DNA of 64,000 nucleotides from a virus. Its lineage: Duplodnaviria > Caudoviricetes. Below are positions 19,335-28,073 of the stretch, in pieces. Both the position numbers and the translations under genes were made by a program. Where the stretch lies: positions 32,001 through 96,000 of IMG/VR virus record IMGVR_UViG_3300028549_000507. One strand, written 5' to 3'. The notes beneath the pieces were generated by a model. The model was not told the DNA's origin and did not search any database. It saw nothing but the letters and a program-made list of their open reading frames with translations. Numbering within the stretch: the stretch's first letter is position 1; each line of letters starts with the position of its first letter.

Positions 19335-21722
19335 TTACATTTCACCTTTTACGAGAAACATTTCTTTCTTAGCAGTGCTATTTGTGAAAAGGTTCTCAAT
19401 CCACGTATCAGTATAGAATTTATCAGTACTTTTCAATTGGATGATATAACGAGTTTTCGTATCCATAGACGTTACACGAAGTTCCTCTTCCGAGTTCGCT
19501 CCGAGACCTTTAGATCGCGTAACCTCCATACCAGAATTATTTCCAAATAGAGTATTATGAATAAGTTTACCTTGTTCATAATAGATACCACTATAGATAG
19601 TTCCAGTATTACGTCCTACCAATCGGATTCTACATAGTTGAATTTTATTTTTAATGAAATCTACAATAGGATCTATTATATTTTCTTTAAAAGTTCTATC
19701 AATCTGTATATAGAAGTGCTCATATTCCTTATCAATATTAAGCTTTCTAACTCCACCTTCTTCAATATCGAATTTGGTACAATCAAATCCATAAACTTTA
19801 AGTGATTTAGTATTACCTTTCATGATATTCTTGAAATCCATAGCAATTGCTTCCAATATGATAGGATTCAATGTTAATCTATGAGCAAACTCATCAAGCA
19901 ATTTAGAATAGTCTACAAGATTCTGAATGTAGTATTTAAATACATAATCCGGAATATCTGTATTCTCTGGGGTAATACCTTTGAATACTTTCATACACTT
20001 ATCATTTAGCAAACGATTCAGTTGATCATGATTATTGATATATATCGAATTACCTTTAGCATTCATAGTGTATAAAGGCGGTTTAGCAATGAATACATTT
20101 CCATTCTCAATCAGCTCTGGGTAATGTATATGAAAGAATGCTATAAGAAGTGAACTAATATGATACCCATCAACATCGGCGTCTGTAATGATAATGATAC
20201 GCTTATATCTCAATTTAGAGATATCTTTAGTATCATCTTTACCAATTCCGAGAATCTTGACAAGAGTCATAAGTTCCTCTGATAGATCAGATTTCTTTAC
20301 AACATTTTTCACTTTACCACGAAGAGCGAATACAGCTTGATAATCTCTATTACGACCATCTTTAACAGATGATGCAGCGGAATCTCCTTCACATAAGAAT
20401 ATCTCCGTACGCTCTGGATCATTCTTATTACAGTCGGAGAATTTCTTTACATCAATAGTCTTGAATAGATCAGTTTTACTTGATCCAGATTTGATGATCG
20501 CATCTTTAAGCTTACTTGTTTCATATCTCAATTTTGCAAGTTTAGCACAATGTTCACCGATCTTATCGATAGTTGTTGGATCAGAAGATATCCATTTACT
20601 AATCTCATTCTTAAGAACTGGTACAGTTGTAGGTCTATATTCTTTAGAGTTGAAATAACTCTTCTGCTGACCTGTATATTCCGCATGTTGTTGGTCTGCA
20701 ACAATGATCGCAAACATACTATCTGCAATCTCGGAACCACTAATCTTAATCTTATTTGCCATAGATTTAGGTATGTAATTACCTTTATTAAGATGAGCAG
20801 TCAATGTTCCGAGTGCTTCTGTTAACGATTTAACGTGTTCACCACCATCTTTAGTATAGATACCATTTACATATGAAATGCTACCCGCACCACGTCCGGT
20901 GAATCCTAGTACGATATTATAACCTACAGTATGTTTATCATTAAACCATTTGAAATGTACTGGTTTACCGATTGTCTTAATACTACGTTTACGACTTTCT
21001 TTTTCATAATAGTCTACAACGCCATTAGGATGATAATAGTGTTCAACACGACCATTATCCCATTTGAAGTTAATCTTTACACCGGGAGTTACCATAGATT
21101 GTACTTCTACAAAATTTCTATACTCAGATGCTCTAGATGTAATATCTACAAGACGCATAACCTCTACGTCAGGAGTCCATTCGATAATTGTACCGGTGAG
21201 TTTCTTGTCAACTTTAACAATTTCAACATCACCAATCTGCACACCCATATCGAATTTGACCTTATGAGATTCACCATCTCGTGTAGAAATTGCTACAAGA
21301 TCACGACTTACGGCAGTAACCATAGTGATACCAATCCCATTTACGCCGCCAGATACAGGATATCCAGACTTCTCTGCCCCAGCGATATCTCCCATTTTAC
21401 CGGAAGTATTCATCTTAGTGAGAATTCGTACAAGTTTACCTTGTGGGATACCTCGACCTCTATCTTCAATACGGAATCGGGGACCTCGACTATCGATAGT
21501 ATTATTGATATATACATCAATTTCATTACCGAAACCGGCTATAAATTCGTCAATTGAATTCGCAAATACTTCTTGAAGTAGGTGAAATACTCCATCCAAC
21601 TCAATTTTACCATTGAGCATAGGGCGTTTTCTCAATGCTTCAAGTTCCGTAAGTTCAACGATGTGGTCATCATTATAACCAGTAGACATAGTAGATCCTT
21701 CATGTTTATTATTAGACTTCAT
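19335..21722 (-). CDS. gyrB: Type IIA DNA topoisomerase subunit B (GyrB/ParE-like)
   Basis: EVFANSIDE, DRGRGIP, GGVNGIG (GHKL ATPase); EGDSA, LRGK, TDADVDG (TOPRIM); KGLG. Confidence 0.95.
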   Translation of the reverse strand: MKSNNKHEGSTMSTGYNDDHIVELTELEALRKRPMLNGKIELDGVFHLLQEVFANSIDEFIAGFGNEIDVYINNTIDSRGPRFRIEDRGRGIPQGKLVRILTKMNTSGKMGDIAGAEKSGYPVSGGVNGIGITMVTAVSRDLVAISTRDGESHKVKFDMGVQIGDVEIVKVDKKLTGTIIEWTPDVEVMRLVDITSRASEYRNFVEVQSMVTPGVKINFKWDNGRVEHYYHPNGVVDYYEKESRKRSIKTIGKPVHFKWFNDKHTVGYNIVLGFTGRGAGSISYVNGIYTKDGGEHVKSLTEALGTLTAHLNKGNYIPKSMANKIKISGSEIADSMFAIIVADQQHAEYTGQQKSYFNSKEYRPTTVPVLKNEISKWISSDPTTIDKIGEHCAKLAKLRYETSKLKDAIIKSGSSKTDLFKTIDVKKFSDCNKNDPERTEIFLCEGDSAASSVKDGRNRDYQAVFALRGKVKNVVKKSDLSEELMTLVKILGIGKDDTKDISKLRYKRIIIITDADVDGYHISSLLIAFFHIHYPELIENGNVFIAKPPLYTMNAKGNSIYINNHDQLNRLLNDKCMKVFKGITPENTDIPDYVFKYYIQNLVDYSKLLDEFAHRLTLNPIILEAIAMDFKNIMKGNTKSLKVYGFDCTKFDIEEGGVRKLNIDKEYEHFYIQIDRTFKENIIDPIVDFIKNKIQLCRIRLVGRNTGTIYSGIYYEQGKLIHNTLFGNNSGMEVTRSKGLGANSEEELRVTSMDTKTRYIIQLKSTDKFYTDTWIENLFTNSTAKKEMFLVKGEM

Positions 21723-21845
21723 TTTACTCTCCGAATGTTACATTTATTTGTTGAGTGAATTATAATTTTTAATCCTATGGCGTTATCTAATATATATTTA
21801 AACGATATCATTGAAAAAAAAAAGAAAGGCTTGCACCCTTTCTTT

Positions 21846-22106
21846 TTAACTCATACTCGCCATTACGCCGAGTATTGTCCCTGCAAGCACAGTGCTCGCC
21901 AGAACCGTGTTGAGTACGATCTTTTGAACACCTTTGACTTCCGACAACCCGTCGGAAGTTGAGAGCATCATGAGCGGGATGCTCATGATCGCCAGTGCAA
22001 GCGCGATTCCTATGGCAATATATGCCATAGGTTTAATCATCATAATCACCGCAACCGTAACAACAGTAACGATAATTTGAAGTGCTTCTTTTGTAGAATC
22101 TTTCAT
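21846..22106 (-). CDS. Small membrane protein in a solo early cassette
   Basis: 86 aa, about 3 hydrophobic segments, visibly GC-richer than flanks, own promoter (22192) and terminator. Confidence 0.65.
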   Translation of the reverse strand: MKDSTKEALQIIVTVVTVAVIMMIKPMAYIAIGIALALAIMSIPLMMLSTSDGLSEVKGVQKIVLNTVLASTVLAGTILGVMASMS

Positions 22107-22246
22107 AATAAATCCAATCCGGGCATATATTGTTTTGCCCTATAATTAATTAATAGAAGGTAAGTTAACATTCGTTACTTCCTTCTTTGTTCACTATTAA
22201 ATATACATATTACAAAAAAAAAGAGAGAGGGATTACTCCCTCCCTA

Positions 22247-22588
22247 CTAAGAATCCATAGAATCAGGATCGGTATCAACAATTTCCAAAAGATTACTTTC
22301 ATAATCAAGATGTAGATAAACTCTTTTTCCAACTTCACAATTGGAAGATCCCATTTCTTCAATGAGTTCTTTTACATGAGTATTGTTAAACCTAGCAAAT
22401 ATTACATTGCCAAGCGGTACAGATTTCTTAATATCCACAACACTTCCTTCTATGAAGTCTCTGTGGATATATTTATCAATCTGAGGATCATGTATCTTAA
22501 CCCATACAACTGCTCCATTCATGAACGTTTTTAACTTATATCTAAAACGTTCTGGGAATGATGTTACTTCGATAATTAGTCTACTCAT
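22247..22588 (-). CDS. Hypothetical protein in a solo early cassette
   Basis: GGAG SD, promoter motif at 22645, terminator at about 22226. Confidence 0.65.
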   Translation of the reverse strand: MSRLIIEVTSFPERFRYKLKTFMNGAVVWVKIHDPQIDKYIHRDFIEGSVVDIKKSVPLGNVIFARFNNTHVKELIEEMGSSNCEVGKRVYLHLDYESNLLEIVDTDPDSMDS

Positions 22589-22673
22589 AATATTCTCCGT
22601 TATTAAAGTATTATGGATGCATCTCGATTGAGATGCATCCTATTCATTATTAAATATATACTTTAATAATAGT

Positions 22674-23111
22674 TTAAAGTATGGCCCTTCTAATCTCACC
22701 AATGACAAATTGCTTCATTTCCTGAGCATAATCGCCTAGGTATACAGTCTCACCATAACGACGATTATTAATAGTCATTTCTTCGCCAATTATATCACAC
22801 ACCATAAACATAACATTCTCAATTAGATCGAGTTTGTATTTTGAGATCTTCTTAGTATTGTATGCATAAGTAGATATGTATACTCCTGTAACATTGGTTA
22901 TAAGTTCAAAAATGTTAACAAGTGTAGTTTTTTTATTAGAATTTTCACGCTTTAAACTTTTGCGGATATTTTTCATGTCATTATATATTACGCCGAAGAT
23001 CTTTTTATCCTCAAGGAGTTTATAGACCGCACGTTTAATAACTAACCGAAACATCACCTCTGCTGCAATTGTGCTTAATACGTCTTTCAAAACACTAACC
23101 TTAAACATCAT
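22674..23111 (-). CDS. Hypothetical protein
   Basis: 145-aa ORF directly downstream of the endolysin gene. Confidence 0.55.
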   Translation of the reverse strand: MMFKVSVLKDVLSTIAAEVMFRLVIKRAVYKLLEDKKIFGVIYNDMKNIRKSLKRENSNKKTTLVNIFELITNVTGVYISTYAYNTKKISKYKLDLIENVMFMVCDIIGEEMTINNRRYGETVYLGDYAQEMKQFVIGEIRRAIL

Positions 23112-23116
23112 ATCTC

Positions 23117-24028
23117 CTATTTAAAATTTGAAGCAATTACTTTTCTAATAGACTCGAAATAAGCTCTACGCCCATCAAGTCCATGACTACCACCATTGAT
23201 ACGTTTTGTAAGAAGAGTTACATTATTAGTATCAGCAATAGTATTACAATTATTCTTTGTCCAGAACCATACCGCAGAGTCAACGATGCCACCACCTCTA
23301 GTACAGAAATCAACTGCTTCAGGAACTGTAATCTTTCTATCAGCAGCATATGCTGTATAGTTAGCTCTACCCGTCAACTGTATAAGTCCTCTGCCGCGAA
23401 ATCTAAACCCATCACCACTCGATGGATTTCCATTAGCCATTCTATTGGCATAAACCTTATTAGCAATAGCCTCAGGTTTTCTGGCGTATTTAGCAGCCTC
23501 GGCATCAGTAAGGAAGTATTTCTTAAAAATCTTAAGAAGACCTTCCTTAGAATAATTTAGATTCTCAGTAACAACACGGAAACCACCAGATTCTTGAGCA
23601 CATTGTGCTAAGAAATGAGATGCTCTAAGTTCCGTGTTAATATTGCCGATATCCATAAAGTTATTCAAGAACGGTACGAGATCCTTACGACCAGTAGGGA
23701 ATAATTTTACAAACTGGGCTTCTGTTATAATTGGTTTTTTAGCTACAGGAGATGCTGCGACTATCTCATTAATTTCAACATCCTCAACCTTTGATGCTTC
23801 TTTAATTGGAGAAGATACAGCCTCGACTATAGGAGTTTCTACAACTAATGCAACAAGCTGACCATCAATCTCATTTTCAGAGAAATGAGCAGTATCTAGA
23901 ACTGCCGGAGTTGTTGTAGGAGGTTCTACAAGAGTAGGTTCTGTATGCATTGGGGTTGCCGATATTGCAACCGGTTCAGATCTACGAGATCTTAGGTATT
24001 CGATAATAGTTCTGAGTAAAGATTTCAT
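23117..24028 (-). CDS. Glycoside hydrolase family 19 endolysin
   Basis: HFLAQCAQESGGF, ENLNYS, GDGFRFRGRGLIQLTG, TKRINGG; late-type promoter at 24065-24076. Confidence 0.92.
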   Translation of the reverse strand: MKSLLRTIIEYLRSRRSEPVAISATPMHTEPTLVEPPTTTPAVLDTAHFSENEIDGQLVALVVETPIVEAVSSPIKEASKVEDVEINEIVAASPVAKKPIITEAQFVKLFPTGRKDLVPFLNNFMDIGNINTELRASHFLAQCAQESGGFRVVTENLNYSKEGLLKIFKKYFLTDAEAAKYARKPEAIANKVYANRMANGNPSSGDGFRFRGRGLIQLTGRANYTAYAADRKITVPEAVDFCTRGGGIVDSAVWFWTKNNCNTIADTNNVTLLTKRINGGSHGLDGRRAYFESIRKVIASNFK

Positions 24029-24080
24029 AGAATCTCTCCAAATGAATAAAATTAATTAGATACACATTATAATGTTTACT

Positions 24081-24692
24081 TTAAGGATTGTATATAGGAT
24101 TTTCATCTATTTTGAATTTCCATGTACCATCCAAAAACCCAGTAGGACACTCTCCCGAATTAGTTCTATACTCTCTAACATTAGGACTATTTATAGTTGC
24201 ACTACGTTCATCCAAGGTATACTCGCTAATTTTAAATGATCGAGCATTGGTATTTATTAGAAATGGTTCATTTCCTACAATTTGTTTATAATCGTTACAA
24301 TTACACCATCTTCTAAACTCGGCAAAAGGTTCCTGAGTTTTTGAATGTGACAATATTTTGAAGAATCGTTCATTTCCAGATTCGAATGTTATAATGTCCG
24401 CATCAAGATGAGGAATTATATATAACTCGACATAAGAATTTGTTGTGTAATCATTAATAATACCTGTTAGATTTTCCATTATATCACTTATAGCACGTTC
24501 GATTCTTTCGGTATCAAATCGATTACAACATATAGAAGAAAATCTGACAAGTATTTCATTATGATTATTGTGCGTATAACTAGCTAATGGACAACTTCCC
24601 ACACCACCACTGATATAGGATATAACTTTATTCGCCGGAGTCTTTCCGGGATATTTAATTTCCAATACAATACTTTTAACTTGTAAAAACAT
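24081..24692 (-). CDS. Hypothetical protein
   Basis: 203-aa ORF in a packed operon. Confidence 0.55.
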   Translation of the reverse strand: MFLQVKSIVLEIKYPGKTPANKVISYISGGVGSCPLASYTHNNHNEILVRFSSICCNRFDTERIERAISDIMENLTGIINDYTTNSYVELYIIPHLDADIITFESGNERFFKILSHSKTQEPFAEFRRWCNCNDYKQIVGNEPFLINTNARSFKISEYTLDERSATINSPNVREYRTNSGECPTGFLDGTWKFKIDENPIYNP

Positions 24693-24695
24693 AAA

Positions 24696-25277
24696 CTAAT
24701 CTCCTCTGTAAGTATCTTCCCATGTTTCTTCTAGAAATGAATCCGCGTCAATAAGCTCAAACTCTGCTTCTTCAATATCATCGTCTTCGTAGCCACTACC
24801 ATCTTCATCTTCACAATCGTCATAACCATCTGTTCCACTACGAAGTTCATCGAGATAGAATCTAATATTAGAATTATTAAACACCTCTCCAGGACCAACG
24901 TAATGTAATTGATTTTTCAACGTATTTATTGAGAAGAATGGTTTGACTTTAATACCATCAATACTATTGAATGATGATACAGCTACCAAATACACCGAAT
25001 CGATTGCGATTTCATCCTCAATCCAATTCAACATTATTGGGCAATTTGTAAACATGATATAGTCTTCTAATTTAGAATCTTCAATGATACTATCCATGTA
25101 TTTTTCAACATCCCAATACTCCAAATCTCTCGTAGGATCCCATAACACCATAGCATTTGGATTATAATCCATACCAATAGAATTCATTAGAGGGATTACT
25201 TCTAACGGGTTTCTATTTAAAAGAATGTCATGTAAATATTTTTTTTCTTCATAAGTTCCTAGTATAATTCTAATCAT
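24696..25277 (-). CDS. Hypothetical protein with acidic C-terminus
   Basis: 193-aa ORF. Confidence 0.55.
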   Translation of the reverse strand: MIRIILGTYEEKKYLHDILLNRNPLEVIPLMNSIGMDYNPNAMVLWDPTRDLEYWDVEKYMDSIIEDSKLEDYIMFTNCPIMLNWIEDEIAIDSVYLVAVSSFNSIDGIKVKPFFSINTLKNQLHYVGPGEVFNNSNIRFYLDELRSGTDGYDDCEDEDGSGYEDDDIEEAEFELIDADSFLEETWEDTYRGD

Positions 25278-25767
25278 GAGATGTCTTCAATTCTTTTGAT
25301 GTAATTAACGGATTTTCATTAAAATGAAATTTAAGCCATTCTAGACATGCGCTATTATATTCCTCTGACTTCTCGGGTTCCCAAGATACTCTGAAAGTTC
25401 TTGAGATATCCTCGATAAAGTATCGAATATGTACATTATCAGGATGACCGAATATTTCAGTAATCATATCATCGAAAGATCTCAGATTTCTGACATGGAA
25501 AAGTATATATGCATCATGACTTCCTTCTTGATTAGATGGTATACCATCTTCATTGGTCGAAGGAATTGAACCTTGACATGATGCTATTGGGGTAACGTCC
25601 AATGAATAATTCATACTTATTACCATGATGATTGCGGATATACCAGAATCTACACTATAAGATATATCATCTGTTTTATGTGCATTGAAATCTGTTCTAT
25701 TCGTATACATCAATACCATCCAATTCTTTTTGAATACGTTTACATCCCTCAATATCTCCAGCAACAA
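25270..25767 (-). CDS. Hypothetical protein
   Basis: 165-aa ORF. Confidence 0.5.
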   Translation of the reverse strand: MLLEILRDVNVFKKNWMVLMYTNRTDFNAHKTDDISYSVDSGISAIIMVISMNYSLDVTPIASCQGSIPSTNEDGIPSNQEGSHDAYILFHVRNLRSFDDMITEIFGHPDNVHIRYFIEDISRTFRVSWEPEKSEEYNSACLEWLKFHFNENPLITSKELKTSHD

Positions 25768-25942
25768 GGCATATTTTATGACCCTGAATTAACGCGATTC
25801 TTCTAGACTGGTTGACCATTTTTTCAGGAGCATCGTATAAGTGTAAGCCTCGGTTATTCATTTTCGCAAAGATTGTAGCGAAATGTCTTCTCTGTCTCTC
25901 CATAAAGATTTCTAATCTCTCTTTTCTACTTCTCGGTCTCAT
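25697..25942 (-). CDS. Hypothetical protein
   Basis: 81-aa ORF with GGAG SD. Confidence 0.5.
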   Translation of the reverse strand: MRPRSRKERLEIFMERQRRHFATIFAKMNNRGLHLYDAPEKMVNQSRRIALIQGHKICLVAGDIEGCKRIQKELDGIDVYE

Positions 25943-26258
25943 TTGGAACTCCTTCGGAAATATGAAAACTCTTATTAACTTTTATATACAAATTCGTATC
26001 AGCACACGCAACAGCTTCTTTCCAGTATATAATACTGTCAGTAACGCCTTCATCGATCCATCTAGTACATTCTTCTTCTGTAATTGGTTCTTTCCAATTA
26101 GCAACGCAAGATTGATTGACCGTACATTCTTTTAAATGAAACCACGGTTTATTTTCATTGAAGTATATCCCGTTATAACTCCCGCTGATAGTGGGAATGT
26201 CATCAAGACATACAAACATTTCTTCTTCGATTTTCAACATCCGAACAACACGTTTCAT
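25926..26258 (-). CDS. Hypothetical protein
   Basis: 110-aa ORF behind a promoter variant at 26290-26305. Confidence 0.55.
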   Translation of the reverse strand: MKRVVRMLKIEEEMFVCLDDIPTISGSYNGIYFNENKPWFHLKECTVNQSCVANWKEPITEEECTRWIDEGVTDSIIYWKEAVACADTNLYIKVNKSFHISEGVPNETEK

Positions 26259-26363
26259 AACATCCGACCTTGTTTAAATTGTTATTAACCAAATTATAAA
26301 TATATAATTTAATAAGATACTTGAAAAAAAAATGAGGTAGTAAATACCACCCCATTAATACGA

Positions 26364-26930
26364 TCAATCTGAGGAAGTTGAGGTAATGGATATAGACTCA
26401 TTATCGATAGCCATTATGGTTAACGTTTCGCCAATAGAACCATTCCACATCTGACCACTGATAGTAACCTTGCCAACTTCACCAAAACACAACTTAGCAA
26501 TGTGCATGTCTGATACAAAGTGTCTTAACTCTAATTTTCTTCGCTCCTTACTAATGATCAACCCATCAGGTTCCTCACAGATAAGTCTTGCCCCATTTTC
26601 AAATCCAATGATCACAGCAAACCGAAAGAATCTAGTAGCATCTGAATTATGTTTGATGAGATCAGTCGTTCTGGCTCTTGTAGTTGGATCATATGCTATA
26701 TATACATTTCTTATAAATCCGGTATCTTGGATAAGTACATATGTATTATCCTCAAGGTGGTCGATAAATTCAATATTATCATCAGTTCCAGTGATGATAT
26801 GTCTTAGTATTTGTACAGATTTCAATCCTCGAAAATCCGTCTCATTAAAATTAACAAACCCAACATTAAGTTCTTCCGAACTACACTTCTGCATATCCAT
26901 AATAACTCCTCTTATAATATTATTACACAT
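26364..26930 (-). CDS. Hypothetical protein in a solo early cassette
   Basis: Promoter motif at 26952; terminator hairpin at about 26330-26356. Confidence 0.6.
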   Translation of the reverse strand: MCNNIIRGVIMDMQKCSSEELNVGFVNFNETDFRGLKSVQILRHIITGTDDNIEFIDHLEDNTYVLIQDTGFIRNVYIAYDPTTRARTTDLIKHNSDATRFFRFAVIIGFENGARLICEEPDGLIISKERRKLELRHFVSDMHIAKLCFGEVGKVTISGQMWNGSIGETLTIMAIDNESISITSTSSD

Positions 26931-27018
26931 TTGACATTCGTCCTATGTGTTCACTATTAAATATATAATTTAATATGAATTTAAAAAATGGGGTAAATAA
27001 ATACCCCATTAATATAAT

Positions 27019-28068
27019 CTAAAAATCATCCCAACCCGGAAGAGCAGAGCTCATATTATATGAAGTAACTGTAGTCTCGAAGAAGTTGGCTTTAGATGAA
27101 CCTTCTCCTTCCAAGTCTGCAATTCTTTCAAGATGCATATATGGATTCTTAGAGAACTTAGGATCAGTAAATAATTTACTTATACCAATAAATTCCAAAC
27201 GTTCATTAGTAATAAATTTTGTATACTGCTCAATAGAATCATCTGATATTCCGAGTACATTCTTTATAATATGTGTAGACCATTTAATCTCTTGTTCTAC
27301 CGCCATTTTAAACATTTCATTAATCTCTATATCATGAATAGATTCCCATACTTCCGGAGATTCTTTCTTGATTTCATTGATAATATGTTTAAATAATACA
27401 ACATGGAGGAGTTCATCTCTCTGGATAAGTTTGATGATATTAGCTGTACCATTCATCAAATTTCTAGAAGTTAATGTATAGAAGAAATTAAATCCATTGT
27501 AAAAATATATAGATTCAAGAAGATAGTTAGCAATAATAGTCTTCATAAAGTTCTTATTACTAGGATCATCCTCAAAATCTTGATATATAGAAGCTATGTA
27601 TTTATTTCTTTCTAGAAGAACCTCATCCTCACGCCACTTCTCATAAAGAGTATCTCTTGCAGGTTTATCTATAATACTCTCGATAATATATGCATAAGAC
27701 TTCGAATGAATAGATTCAAAGAAAGTTTGCACCGTTAGAGTTAGAGATACTTCTGGAGCTGTAATATACTTGGCTATATTAGGTAAGTTTGTAACCTGAA
27801 TACTATCTAAGAATACTAAGAAAGACAGTATCCCATCATAAGCAACCTTTTCATCAGGAGTTAATTTACGGTAATCTCGTACATCATCTGTAAGAGATAC
27901 CTTCTCCGGAATCCAGAAGTTATTCATCATATTAGTATAAAGGTTGTTTGCCCACTGATATTTAACATTGTTAAGGTTAAATAGATTAGTAGTATTACCA
28001 TCCAAAATACTTCTTTCAGAAAGTTCTTCAGTTCCGGTTTCATTAAATATAAGTTTAGTCTTCATCAT
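27019..28068 (-). CDS. nrdB: Class I ribonucleotide reductase beta subunit
   Basis: NFWIPE, FLD, ESIHSKSY, ESIYFYNGF, IQRDELLH, NFFE. Confidence 0.95.
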   Translation of the reverse strand: MMKTKLIFNETGTEELSERSILDGNTTNLFNLNNVKYQWANNLYTNMMNNFWIPEKVSLTDDVRDYRKLTPDEKVAYDGILSFLVFLDSIQVTNLPNIAKYITAPEVSLTLTVQTFFESIHSKSYAYIIESIIDKPARDTLYEKWREDEVLLERNKYIASIYQDFEDDPSNKNFMKTIIANYLLESIYFYNGFNFFYTLTSRNLMNGTANIIKLIQRDELLHVVLFKHIINEIKKESPEVWESIHDIEINEMFKMAVEQEIKWSTHIIKNVLGISDDSIEQYTKFITNERLEFIGISKLFTDPKFSKNPYMHLERIADLEGEGSSKANFFETTVTSYNMSSALPGWDDF

Positions 28069-28073
28069 ATCTC

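Noticed and set aside
24696-25277. AAA/ABC ATPase
   Set aside because: Only a weak C-terminal resemblance (IMFTNCP); no Walker A or B motif.
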